Source of the DNA: Cyanophora paradoxa CCMP329
Taxonomy: Eukaryota; Plantae; Glaucophyta
Length of the DNA stretch: 64,000 bases
Reading direction: 5' to 3'
Assembly (NCBI GenBank): GCA_004431415.1
Contig: QPMI01000516.1
Location: 1 to 64,000 of the forward strand
Shown here: piece after piece, positions 30,912-41,174 of the stretch
Numbering within the stretch: the stretch's first letter is position 1
Layout of the letters: each line of letters opens with the position of its first letter
Translations under genes and position numbers: made by a program
Notes under the pieces: generated by a model
Databases searched by the model: none
Seen by the model: the letters and a program-made list of their open reading frames with translations, nothing else
Told to the model about the DNA's origin: nothing

Positions 30912-31715
30912 ATGGACCCCTCGGCGATGCTTGGCTTCGAGGCGCTGGCCGTGGACGGGCCGAACCCCGTGGGGATCCCGCAGCCCCGCAAGAAGGGCCG
31001 CCCCGCGAAGGAGGGCAAGGAAAAGGGGGAGAAGGCGCCGAAGGCCGACAAGACGGCGCTGCCCGGGGACGGGCCCCCCGTGACTTCCTCCGCGCCGAGC
31101 AAGGGCGCGAGCTTCAGCGTGCAGGAGCACATCGAAATGACGAAGAAAAAGGAGCAGAGCGTGAAAAAGGCGCTGGGGATCGACCTGCAGGAGCGGCCGC
31201 AGGACGAGGCGCAGACGGACGTGGACGAGAAGAAGCAGGTCCTGCGGCAGATCGCGCAGTACCGGCGCTCGTTCGGGGGCGAGCTGACGTCCACGAAGAA
31301 GCTGAGCCTGGCGACGCCGCTGGACGAGCTGAAGGAAGAGTACGAGGAGATTCAGCGCGAGCTGAGCACGCGGGGTTCGCTGGAGGCCGCGCGCCTCTTT
31401 CTGATCGCGGGCATGCACTCGCTGGAGCACCTGAACAAGGCGTACGATCCGATCGGCCTGAAGCTCGACGGGCTCGGGCAGGCGACGCTCTCGTCGATGG
31501 ACCAGGTGCAGCCGATCCTGGAGGAGCTGGTGATCAAGTACTCGCGCTACGTGACCCTGGGGCCCGAGGCGCGCCTGGGGATGGCCCTGGTGCAGACGGT
31601 GCTGGCGGTGCACGCGGCGAACGCGAACCCGGAGATGATGAAGGAGGTGACGGAGGCGGCGGCCTCGACGGCGGCGGAGCCCAAGGCGGTGGGCGGCAAG
31701 TTCAACGGCCTTTGA
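30912..31715 (+). CDS. NCLDV-type conserved protein (DUF5767-like)
   Basis: DPIGLKLDGL...LEELVIKY...GPEARLGMAL resembles the family pattern as recalled; needs HMM confirmation. Confidence 0.55.
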   Translation: MDPSAMLGFEALAVDGPNPVGIPQPRKKGRPAKEGKEKGEKAPKADKTALPGDGPPVTSSAPSKGASFSVQEHIEMTKKKEQSVKKALGIDLQERPQDEAQTDVDEKKQVLRQIAQYRRSFGGELTSTKKLSLATPLDELKEEYEEIQRELSTRGSLEAARLFLIAGMHSLEHLNKAYDPIGLKLDGLGQATLSSMDQVQPILEELVIKYSRYVTLGPEARLGMALVQTVLAVHAANANPEMMKEVTEAAASTAAEPKAVGGKFNGL

Positions 31716-31768
31716 GTGTAAACGCATGTAATCAATTGCACCAAAAATTCACAATTTATTCGTCCGAG

Positions 31769-32551
31769 CTACTGCATGGGGGCTGTGTACATAGACTCGG
31801 GGTTTAGGTAGGGCTCGAAGCTGGCCTCGTTGTCGTAGGGCCTGAAGGCCAGCTCGGGCGTGCGGCCTGCGAAGCGAAAGGCGCCGACCTTGCACTGCTG
31901 CACGGCGAGGAAGGACCACTTGAGGCCGAACTTGCCCTCGGGGATGGCGTAGGCGGTGTCGATTTTAACGAGGGCGGCCACCAGGTCGCCGGTGCCGATG
32001 GTGGCGCGCTCGGTGATGAGGTAGTTGGACATGTCGACGACGGGGATGGTCTTGCGCTTGCCCGCCATCGTCTGGGTGCGGATGCGCATGTTGAGGTACT
32101 TGTAGAAGGCCTGGCCCGACTCCTTGTCGACCTTGATGCGCACGCTGGGGGTCTGCAGCACCGAGATCTGGTCCTTGGAGAGGGAGCGGCCGGGCGAGAC
32201 CTTGAGCTTGGCCTGGTTCTGCTGCACGAACTCGCAGAATTTCGCGTCCAGGGCCTCGAGCAGCTTGAGGAACTCGTCCGCGGCGGGGTTCGTCTGGCCG
32301 TCGACGGCGCTGAGATCGGTGAGGTCCAGCGTGTAAAATCCGCCGTTTTCTTCCATGACGAAGGCCTTCTTCTCGTCGCTCCACGCCTTGCCTTGCTCGG
32401 TGTTGATGCAGGGGTTGATGGTGACCATGGGCGGCGCGTACATCATGAGGCCCTGCAGGCCGTCGTACTTGGCCTTGATGCGGCCGGTGGCGTCGATCTC
32501 GAAGGCGAGCTTGGCGGGGTCGATCTCGGTGGCGCTGCGGACGGTGGCCAT
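31769..32551 (-). CDS. Single-stranded DNA-binding protein (NCLDV OB-fold type)
   Basis: YTLDL...FLKLLEALD...GDLVAALV...KFGLKWSFLAVQ. Confidence 0.7.
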   Translation of the reverse strand: MATVRSATEIDPAKLAFEIDATGRIKAKYDGLQGLMMYAPPMVTINPCINTEQGKAWSDEKKAFVMEENGGFYTLDLTDLSAVDGQTNPAADEFLKLLEALDAKFCEFVQQNQAKLKVSPGRSLSKDQISVLQTPSVRIKVDKESGQAFYKYLNMRIRTQTMAGKRKTIPVVDMSNYLITERATIGTGDLVAALVKIDTAYAIPEGKFGLKWSFLAVQQCKVGAFRFAGRTPELAFRPYDNEASFEPYLNPESMYTAPMQ

Positions 32552-32661
32552 GGTTGCGTTAGCTTAGAGTGTGCTTCAGCCTAAGGCTAGAAAATATTTG
32601 AGGTCGCCCCGCCCGACTTCAGCTGAGCGCTCAGGTGATTCAGGTAAAACACGTGTTCAAT

Positions 32662-32946
32662 TCAGCTCACTGGGGAGGGGAGGGCCTCGATCACGGCTAC
32701 GCGAATATTCGAGAGTCTAAATCTGGCGCTGGGGCTGGCGACGGCGTACAGGGTGATCTCGTTCTTGGCGGGATTGAGCATGATGTGCTGGAAGCAGTCG
32801 CCCTTGCGGCACTCCAGCGAGATGTTGCGCAGCAGCCTGCAGTAGTTGAAGCAGATCTCGCCGTTCTCGTCGAGATCCTCTTCCGTGGCCTCGTACTCGA
32901 AGATGCCGAAGGTCAGGCAGCAGGTGAAGTACTTGGGGGCGCACAT
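32662..32946 (-). CDS. Hypothetical protein
   Basis: 94-aa ORF bounded by repeated intergenic motifs. Confidence 0.55.
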   Translation of the reverse strand: MCAPKYFTCCLTFGIFEYEATEEDLDENGEICFNYCRLLRNISLECRKGDCFQHIMLNPAKNEITLYAVASPSARFRLSNIRVAVIEALPSPVS

Positions 32947-33054
32947 TCTCTCGTTTGCTGGCCGATAAAGTGTGAGGAAACGAGGCCCCGCGCACCCTCT
33001 TAAGGCCCCGCGTCAGGTGAGCGTCGGGTGAAGCCAGAAAACACGTGTTCAATT

Positions 33055-33528
33055 TCAAAGGGATACAGAGCCCTCGAGATCAAAGGTAATCGACCTATCG
33101 TCTATGCTGAAGGGGTAGCCGCACTGCTGGTGCAGCTGATCGACCTTCATCTTGAGGGAGCCCATCTGCCTCCGCAAGACCCAGATGTTGCAGTCGTAGT
33201 CCTCGAAGAAGGTGTAGGCGAGGGAGCGGCCCGAGGGCGAGATCGCCGCGCAGAACGAGGCCCACTCGGGCACTTTAACGTGGGTGCAGCTCAAGCGCCC
33301 CGCGGAGAAGGTGACAATGTAGGCCGTGTGCCCGGTGTGAGTCTTGGCGCAGGAGACAAGCGTGAAGGAGAGGCCGTCGTCGGAGAGCTTCATGAGGAGG
33401 ATCTTGCCGGGGCAGTCCTTGCAGTCCTCCACCTCGCCGTTCTTGAGAACTTCCACCTCGCGGTCGATGGGCTCGCCGATCGCGCGCACGGTGTATTCCT
33501 CGACGAAGAACTGGGCGACAAGGGCCAT
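33055..33528 (-). CDS. Hypothetical protein
   Basis: 157-aa ORF; TTTATAA and TCACCTGA motifs upstream. Confidence 0.6.
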   Translation of the reverse strand: MALVAQFFVEEYTVRAIGEPIDREVEVLKNGEVEDCKDCPGKILLMKLSDDGLSFTLVSCAKTHTGHTAYIVTFSAGRLSCTHVKVPEWASFCAAISPSGRSLAYTFFEDYDCNIWVLRRQMGSLKMKVDQLHQQCGYPFSIDDRSITFDLEGSVSL

Positions 33529-33633
33529 GTTGCCTGCTGGTTGCGTTGAGAGAGATTGAGAGTGTGAGGGGAACGCAGCGTGCCGCGCGCTTATAAAGGC
33601 CGTTCAGGTGAGCGCTCAGCTGAGTTTCAGGTG

Positions 33634-33704
33634 AGGGCAACTTGAAAATTCGGCGTCATTTACGTCCGCGTCATTTACGTCAGCGTCATTTACGTCACGG
33701 AGTT
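33634..33704. repeat. Third copy of the (GCGTCATTTACGTC)x3 block
   Basis: Direct match to 34484-34534; ~70-bp inverted match to 34886-34955. Confidence 0.92.
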
Positions 33705-33791
33705 GGGACTCGGCCCTGGCCCCGGGCCCAGGCCTCGCCCGTAAAAAAAAGGACTTGGACTTGGCGCCATTTTCTAAAGCTCTGCTGTACC

Positions 33792-34175
33792 ATGGAGCCC
33801 GCCATCTCCCAGCTAGTCTCCCAGGGCGCCAAGCTCGACAAGGCCCTGAACATCTACCTTCAGCTGATCGAGCTGGCCTGGCCCGAGCCAATGATAGCTC
33901 AGGCCTGCAAATCGCTCCACGTGGCGTTCGATGCGCCGTTCTCAGGTGACCCGGATCAGGTGACATCCTGGACCAAGGAGGAGATAAAGGCCGACTTCGA
34001 GGCGCTTTTCTCATTTATGAGCAAGAAGTATGCCGAAATCGAAGCAGCTAAGGCCTCAGCAGCCGAAGGCGGTGAAGCCCCAGCCGAAGGCCCTGCCGGC
34101 GACGAAGGCACCGAAGTTCAAGGCGCTGGGCCCTCTGCAGAGGGCGAAGGCCAAGGCAGACCTGCGTCCGTGTAG
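33792..34175 (+). CDS. Hypothetical protein between repeat copies
   Basis: ATG 33792 preceded by TTTTCTAA. Confidence 0.6.
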   Translation: MEPAISQLVSQGAKLDKALNIYLQLIELAWPEPMIAQACKSLHVAFDAPFSGDPDQVTSWTKEEIKADFEALFSFMSKKYAEIEAAKASAAEGGEAPAEGPAGDEGTEVQGAGPSAEGEGQGRPASV

Positions 34176-34483
34176 CCCCAAGGAGATAGCCAAGGAGGCC
34201 AGCAGCCACAGGCCCGACTGGCCGGCGCCGGCGCCCTACCGCTACCTCAAGCTGGACAAGAGCAACGATACGGGCTTCACCAGGAGGAGGTGGCCTGAGC
34301 CCCTCAGGTGGCTGGAGCCAAGGGAGATCAAGTCCGGAGGCGGTATCGAGCTAGCGCTAGCGCTGGGCGGCGGCGGTGCAGACTTGGAAGAGCAGGCCCT
34401 GCTAGATACCATCAACTTGGGCCAGGTAGAGCTGTGATATCTAGCTAGCGCTAGCGCTTGCTGAATTAATTAACCGAAGGGTC

Positions 34484-34936
34484 GCGTCATTTACGTCCGC
34501 GTCATTTACGTCAGCGTCATTTACGTCACGGAGTTTGCCGGCGACTCGGGACCTGGGCCAGGGCCCGGGGAAAAAAATTCGAGACTTGGAAAAATAGGGT
34601 ATCCCTATTATTTATCGTTATTATTATTACTATTATCGTTATTCACATTGAATGAATGCTTAAATCTATAAAAGGTGTACCGGTACCGGTAGCTAGTAGT
34701 ACTGAGCAAGTAGTACTAAGTAGTACAGTAGTAGTACTAAGTAGTACAGTAGTAGTACTAAGTAGTACTACGTAGTACTAGCGGTACTAGTAGCTACTGG
34801 TACTAGCGGTATTAGGGATACCCTATTTTTCCAAGTCTCGAATTTTTTTCCTCGGGCCCTGGCCCAGGTCCCGAGTCGCCGGCAAACTCCGTGACGTAAA
34901 TGACGCTGACGTAAATGACGCGGACGTAAATGACGC
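34484..34936. repeat. 124-bp inverted repeat with a 205-bp AT-rich/AGTACT-repeat spacer (candidate origin or fused termini)
   Basis: Arms 34484-34607 and 34813-34936 with one mismatch; spacer has 21-bp tandem units and the palindrome TAGTACTACGTAGTACTA. Confidence 0.95.
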
Positions 34937-35007
34937 CGAAGTTTCAAGTTGCCCTTCGTTCGCAGCCTCCGGGCGCCTCCCACAATTTTCCAAGGTACCC
35001 AGCAAGC

Positions 35008-35298
35008 ATGGACTTCACCGATTGCGCAGGTATCAAGCAGGAGCCTGAGGACCTTCTCTCCGTTGCAGCCGCCTCTGCACCGAAGCAGCGCCGCCGCCGC
35101 GGGCCCAAGTCCCTTAGCTCCGAGCCCGAGATCCTGGCGACGCCGGCGCGCGAGCCCGAGGCCGTTGACCTGACCGCAGAGGAGCCCGCGCGCGGCCCGC
35201 CGCGCCTCCTGATCCTGGCCGCCGCGGCCGCCGCGCTCTACTACGCCGCCCGGCGCCTGGGCCCGCAGCTCTCGGGCCTGGCCCGGAACCTTTTCTAA
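35008..35298 (+). CDS. Small protein with C-terminal hydrophobic helix
   Basis: ATG 35008 after ATTTTCC; LLILAAAAAALYYAA. Confidence 0.55.
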   Translation: MDFTDCAGIKQEPEDLLSVAAASAPKQRRRRGPKSLSSEPEILATPAREPEAVDLTAEEPARGPPRLLILAAAAAALYYAARRLGPQLSGLARNLF

Positions 35299-35308
35299 GT
35301 CTTGCCCA

Positions 35309-35650
35309 ATGGAGGCCCTGCTAGATCTCATGGCCTTTGCGCTGCCCATCTTCTTCCTGGTGGGCCTCAGCCGCATGGAGCGCGAGGCGCGCCAGCCCGA
35401 GCGCGTCGAGCGCGGCCTGACCGCGGAAGAGCAGCGCGGCCTCACCGAGTGGGACCTGGCGCTCATGGCCGGCCGCATGCTCGACGGCAACCGGCTCGAG
35501 CCGGGCCACCGCCTCAAGCTAGAGGACGGCGGCACGGCCCTCTGGGACGGCGAGGCCTGGAAGCACGATTCGACGGGCGAGCCGATGAAGCTGCTCGCCT
35601 CCGGCAACAAGTACTGGCGCGGCGACTCGATGGAGTTCCGGCGCCCGTGA
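35309..35650 (+). CDS. Small protein with N-terminal membrane anchor
   Basis: 113 aa; TTTTCTAAG upstream. Confidence 0.6.
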   Translation: MEALLDLMAFALPIFFLVGLSRMEREARQPERVERGLTAEEQRGLTEWDLALMAGRMLDGNRLEPGHRLKLEDGGTALWDGEAWKHDSTGEPMKLLASGNKYWRGDSMEFRRP

Positions 35651-35676
35651 TTTTCTGGTCCCTCTTCTAGTAGAGA

Positions 35677-35961
35677 ATGCCCGACCCCTCGCCCGACCCC
35701 GCCGCAGGTGCCGAGAGCGCGGGCAGCTCGGACGAGTACTCCGAGCTCACGGATCCCGACCCCGACGAGCCCGGCGACGCCTTCGCGACGGAGAACGAGC
35801 GCTCCCTCATGCGCATCTACGAGGCGCTGCGCGAGGCGATCTACTGGGAGGATCCCCGCCTGGGAACCCTGATGAACTTTGCAAAGTTCGCCGAGTTCAT
35901 GTTCGCTATGACCGTGCCCTTCACCCGAGTCGTGCTCTGGGATAGGAACAGGAACTGGTAA
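35677..35961 (+). CDS. Small acidic protein
   Basis: 94 aa; TTTTCTGG upstream. Confidence 0.6.
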   Translation: MPDPSPDPAAGAESAGSSDEYSELTDPDPDEPGDAFATENERSLMRIYEALREAIYWEDPRLGTLMNFAKFAEFMFAMTVPFTRVVLWDRNRNW

Positions 35962-35988
35962 AGGCATTGAATACAACAGTACAGAGCC

Positions 35989-36363
35989 CTACGAGCTAGA
36001 GCTGCTATCGCCCGAGTCCAGGCGCGCCTTCTTGGCCTTGGAGCGGCGGAGGCGGGAGACGTACTGCAGGCGCAGGTTGCGCACTAGGAGCTCGCCGGCC
36101 GTGGTGCCCGGCAGCCCGGGAACCGAGTCCGTGGGCAGCAGCTGTCCCTCGCGTATCGCCTTGTACGTCTTGCGCTTGTTGAATGCAACCTTCTCCGTAT
36201 CCTCCGCGACCGGGACCTCCAGCGCCAGCGCGCGCTTGGCCTTCTTGACGGAGACTGCGTTCGCACGCTCCAGCTTCACTCCGGGCTCCAGGGGGGTAGG
36301 GGCGACTGCGTTCGCCACTGGGTTCTCAGCGAAGGAAACACGGGGGGAAGAGCCGCCGCGCAT
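35989..36363 (-). CDS. Basic hypothetical protein
   Basis: 124 aa; TATTTTCTAA upstream. Confidence 0.6.
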   Translation of the reverse strand: MRGGSSPRVSFAENPVANAVAPTPLEPGVKLERANAVSVKKAKRALALEVPVAEDTEKVAFNKRKTYKAIREGQLLPTDSVPGLPGTTAGELLVRNLRLQYVSRLRRSKAKKARLDSGDSSSSS

Positions 36364-36379
36364 GGTTCGCTCAGTTTAC

Positions 36380-36706
36380 CTAGCGTTTAGAAAATAGCGC
36401 GCGAGTCTCGAGCACCAGGAGACCCGCCACAACCGCTGCGGCGATGACAACGGCCACCTTGAGCCAGTGCCAGAAGCGCTCGGCCCCGTCCGTCAGCGCG
36501 CGGCCCGCCTTGCCCGGTGCGGTGAGCGCGGAGCCCAGGGCGCCCGCCGCAATGTCGGCCCACGCGCCTCCGTCGCCGCGCAGGACGTTCTCTCGGTTCT
36601 TCGTCTCCACCGTGGCGCCAATCGCCGCGTTGATCTCGCCGAACTGCAGGCGCGGCTGGCCCTTGGGGCCGAAGGTCTTCGTGAGCAGCGCATCGAGCCA
36701 GCTCAT
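36380..36706 (-). CDS. Protein with C-terminal transmembrane helix
   Basis: WLKVAVVIAAAVVAGLLVL. Confidence 0.6.
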   Translation of the reverse strand: MSWLDALLTKTFGPKGQPRLQFGEINAAIGATVETKNRENVLRGDGGAWADIAAGALGSALTAPGKAGRALTDGAERFWHWLKVAVVIAAAVVAGLLVLETRALFSKR

Positions 36707-36743
36707 CCTTGGCTAGCTTTCAACCGGGGTTTCGAAAAACTAT

Positions 36744-37221
36744 CTAAATGACCAGGCCGCGCAGGTACCAGACCATCAGGAGCGAGCCGCCCAGCGCCAC
36801 CAGCAGCGGCAGGTGCCCGTCCACGGCGCGCCGCATGCGGTTGTCGCACAGCTCCTGGCAGCTCAGCCGGTTGGCATCGTCGAAGTAGGCGCTCACGGCG
36901 TAGGGGCGGCCGGCCGGCGGGTGCAGCCCCTGGCCCAGGCACGGGTAGGCCTCCGCCTGCCGCCGCGCGGCCAGCGCCGCCGTCGCCGCGTGCGCCGCCT
37001 CCCTCTGCCCCGGCGCGATCGCCACGAGGGCAGCGCCCCCACGCTCCTGCCCTTGCCCGCCCCTTGATCGTTTTCAGCGACGGCGGCGCGGGATCCGCCG
37101 CCTTCACCCTGGGCCCCTCCGCCGCCGCCCCGCCCTTAGCCCTCGCCGCCTCGCCGATCTTGCTGCATCGCGAATCCGATTTGAACACGGTGCACAGCAG
37201 CTTCTCTACCGCGCTCGACAT
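36744..37221 (-). CDS. Cys-containing membrane protein, frameshifted near 37030-37060
   Basis: Start of ORF 36703-37221 plus C-terminal frame 36744-37025 ending in a TM helix. Confidence 0.5.
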
Positions 37222-37316
37222 CTTCGAACGTGTAACGAGAATGAAGAAAATTTAAAAGGGAACGCCAACGGACTCGGAACTCGGAAAAGGGGGAGGGGAG
37301 AATGAACTTTGAAATG

Positions 37317-37505
37317 TTAGCGCCCGGCGGGGCGCATGCCGGCCGCCGCCTGCGAGGCGCCGCCGGGGGCGTAGAGGGACTTGGCGGCGTAGCCGAAGCC
37401 CACGCCTATGACCGCCGAGGCCGTGGGGGTGCCGCCGAGGAGCCAGGTGAGGGTCGCGGCCAGCGCTCCTAGCGAGTAATGGGCAGGATAAGCTTCGAAG
37501 GCCAT
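37317..37505 (-). CDS. Small two-TM membrane protein
   Basis: MAFEAYPAHYSLGALAATLTWLLGG...; TTTTTTCTCA upstream. Confidence 0.6.
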   Translation of the reverse strand: MAFEAYPAHYSLGALAATLTWLLGGTPTASAVIGVGFGYAAKSLYAPGGASQAAAGMRPAGR

Positions 37506-37564
37506 CGCGGGACCGAATTGAGGGAGGGTTGAGAAAAAATACCGCCTCGGGGGCCTCGGGGGCC

Positions 37565-40500
37565 TCAGTGGTGCAGGTGCCGGAAGCGCGCCTGGTCCTC
37601 GGCCTCCTCGCGCGCCGCCTGCTCCTCCGCCGCGTCGATCTCCGCCCGCGAGGCCTCCAGCGCCGCGGCCGACGCGTAGTCCTTGAGCACGGGCACGCGC
37701 CGGTAGCTGTAGCCGAGGCCCTTCGCCAGCCCCGCCGACTCCGCCTCGAACGCCCGCCAGCGCTCCGAGGCTTCCGCGCCGGCGATCTGGCCGGCGCGGA
37801 AGCCCGCCTCCAGCTCGGCGCGGAAGGCGAGGGTGCGCTGGAGGCGCTGGGCCCAGAGGCCCTGGCGCCGCTCCTCCGCCTCGCGCGCCTGGCGCGCCGC
37901 CAGCGCCTGCCGCTCGGCCTCCTGCTGGGCCCCGAAGCCCTGGATCGCGGAGAGGACGGCGCCGGGGCCGGGGAGGGGGACGGGGCTGCGGTCGGCGAGG
38001 GAGAAGGGGACGGGGCTGGGGCCGGCGCTGCTGGAGGGGGCGGCCGAGGCCGAGCGCGCACGCGAGCCCAAGGCCGAGCGCGAGCCCGAGCTGCCGTAGC
38101 CGCTGGGGCCGGCGCCGCCGTCCACGGGGCTGCTGCGGAAGCTGCCCGCGGGGGAGGCGCCCTCGCCCTGGCCCGAGGGTCAGGAGGGGGGCGGGGGAAA
38201 GGGGGGTACGGGGAGGGCGCGGGTGCGGGGCCGGACCTGGCGCGGCAGCATCTCGTCGATGCGCTGCTGGCCGGCGTGCTGCTGGGCGGCGGGGGCGAAC
38301 GACGGGGGCGGGGGCGGGACGAAGCCGGGGGCCGAGTTGCGGGCGCGCTTGCCCCTGCCCCTGGTCGAGGCCTTGACGGGGAAGGGGCCGATCTCCGGGT
38401 CCGCCGGCAGGGTGAAGCGGATGGCCTGCAGGGCCGGCTGGCTCGCGCCGAGGGAGAGCGGGGCCTTGGGGACGATGCCGCGGATGTAGGTCTCCCAGAC
38501 GCCGCCGGCCTTGTAGGAGAAGAGGCCGCACTTGGGGCCGAAGGCGGCGATGGTCTCGTCCAGCGCGCCGTTCTCGATGTCGGCGGCGAGGGCGGCGGAG
38601 GCGTCCGGGCCCTCGGTGCGCGAGACGTACTCGCAGATGCCCGCCACGCTCGTCATGCCGCCCTCCGTCTCCGAGCCGACGAGGTAGGTGGTGGGGTCGA
38701 CGACGCAGTGGGTGATGATGAAGCGGGTGAGGGAGCAGGAGGCCGTCTCCTGCCAGAAGGCGAGGCGCTTCTCCCGCAGCCACGCCGGCTCGAAGGCCTG
38801 GATGCACGTCGCCTCGCCGTCGGAGAGCGCGTGGATGATCTTCCAGGCGTAGGTGTAGGCCACCACGTTCAGCGCCGGCAGCTCGTTCTCGCGGATGTCG
38901 GCCTGGAGGTGGGTGCGCTTCTTGAGCGGCTTGTGGTCGAGCGTGATGAGGACGATGCGCGAGAAGAACTCCAGCATGCGGTTCGCGAGCTGCGCGTGGG
39001 AGGGGTGAGAAAGGAAAGGAAAGGAAAAGGAAAGGAGGGGGGCGAACCTGGGGAAAGCCGTTGCAGACGATCACAAGCGACTTGCGCAGGGGCCTGCAGC
39101 GCCGGTCGTTGCCCTTCGCGAACTTGAAGTTGCGAGCGTAGGCGTCGCCCGAGCGCATCTTGAGCTCCTCCTCCGTGCAGGCCTTCGGGTCGAGGCCCTC
39201 CGCCATGATCATGCAGAGCGCCTCCTCGCCGCCGTGCTCCGAGAAGGCCGAGCCCCTGGAGGGGCGGTAGACGCAGATTTGACCCGGCGCGTAGCACTCG
39301 TTCATGATCCCCGTCACCGTCGACTTGCCTGCGCGCGCGGCCGCGGCGTCAGAGAGAAAGGGAAAAGGAAAGGAAAGGAAGGGGGCGCACCGGTGCCAGA
39401 CTGGCCCTTGATGACGCCGCAGTACTGCAGCTGGGCGCCCTCCGCCGGCGCCTCGAACTCCGCGCGCGGCGCACGGTCGAAGACGGGCTTGTCGCAGAAG
39501 TGCCACGGCCCGACGGTGTTGAAGGCGTAGAGGACGGCCGCCGCGTACCCGATCTCGTCCGGCGTCACGTAGCCGTTGTCCGCCAGGTGCTGAGCGCACT
39601 TGGGCATGTGGCCGATGAGCATGGAGAGGACGCGCGGGAAGTCGACGTTCGCCGCCGCCTCCTCGATGCCGTCCGGCAGGCGGCCCTGGATGTAGCAGGT
39701 GTTCATGTAGCCCTTGTACCGCTTCTCCGCCACCTCGTGCGTCATGATGAGGACGCAGGCGTCGCCGTTCTTGTCCTGCGGCGTCCGCACAACGAAATCT
39801 GCGCAAGGGAGGGCATCAGGGGGGTGCCGACCGGGAGGGGTAGGGGGGTACGGGGCGCACGGGAGTCGCAGGCGAAGGGGTGGCCCGGGATGACGGGCAT
39901 CTCGGGGCAGACGTCGTGGAGCAAGAGAGACTTCTCCACGAATCGGCGGATCTCCCCCGTGAGCACCTCCTTGGAGAAGGTGAACTCGAACAACTCGGGC
40001 TTGTCACCGTACGCGGCGTGAAAGGCCATCGCCAGCTTCGAGATCACCTCGTCCATCGTTCCGTTGCCGTCGAACTGCGTTGCGGTGACCTTCTCGTAGA
40101 CGAAGCAGCCCGGCAGCTTCTGCATGAAGACGGGGTCCTCCCCGGGGGCCATCGGCCGCTTGCGTGCGATTCCCTGCGGGCGCGGGCAAAAAGGGCGTTA
40201 GCGGGGCTCGATCCAGGGGAGGGGGGCGCACCGGCCGGAGGCGGCCAGCGCCTTAAGCAGCTGGGCCACGGCCGCCTCCGGCCTCTAAGGGGGCGGGCGC
40301 GCAGTCAAAGGGGCGCACCGACGCAGAAATCCAGGCGCGCAGCGAGTCCTGGATGGCAGCCTTCTTGCGCGCCATGTTGTCGTCCTTGTGCGTCGTCACT
40401 CGTTCGTACCGGCGCGTGTTGATCACCGGCGCCGGGATGACCGTCGCCGCCAGCTCCACCCGCGCCAGCTCCAGCTTGTTCGCGCGCGGCGGCTCGTCGT

Positions 40501-41146
40501 CGCTTGCCGTCTCCAGGCCCTCGTCGTAGTCCTTCTCCGCCCCCGCCTCCCGCCGCTGCCGCTGCCGCTCCTGCCGCTCGCGCTCCTTGCGCTGCTGGGC
40601 CCGGCGGGAGCGGGGCGCGGAGCGGGGGGCCGGAAGGGCAGGAGGGGCCGGAGGGGCCGGAGGGGCCGGAGGGGGCATGTGGGCCGGCGGCGGGAGCTGT
40701 GAGAGGCGCACCGGGCTGAACTCCCTGAACGCCGAGGGGTTGCCGCTCGGGCGCCAGGAGACGTCGGAGGCGGCGGGGCTGGCGGGGGGCACGGGGGCGG
40801 GCGGGCGGCGGGGGGAGACGAGGGGCGGCCTGGGGCCAGCGTCGCCGGGCTCGTCGTCCGAGAACTCCTCCACGGGCGGCGGCGGGGCGTACTCGAGGGA
40901 GGGGGAGGGCGGGAGGGGGTAGAACTCGTCGACGGGGGGCTCGGGCTCGAAGGTGTCCCCCGCCGCCGCCGCCGCCAGCTCGGCGTCGGCCTCGCCCTCG
41001 CGCTCGCGCTCGCGCTCCAGCTCCATCGCGTACTCCTCCGCCACCTCCAGCTCGCGCGCCGCCTTCGCGTCCGCCGCCGCCGCCAGCGCGGCCTCCTCCT
41101 CCATCTCGCGCTCGGCCTCCAGCTCCTCCTCTGTGGGCAGGGTCAT
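37565..41146 (-). CDS. Intron-containing SF3 helicase (6 predicted introns); may be fused to the upstream gene
   Basis: GT..AG introns at 40261-40318, 40174-40231, 39799-39860, 39329-39390, 38990-39047 and 38168-38236. Splicing gives GQSGTGKST, MIMAE, VIVCN and FFSRI. The junction at 40174 needs a 1-nt correction. Confidence 0.8.
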
Positions 41147-41174
41147 TCCTTTGCGGCGCCGGAACGCCCTAGGC

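Noticed and set aside
34690-34812. CRISPR-like array or Polinton AGT-repeat terminus
   Set aside because: The repeats are contiguous with no unique spacers and no cas genes; the adjacent genes are not Polinton genes.
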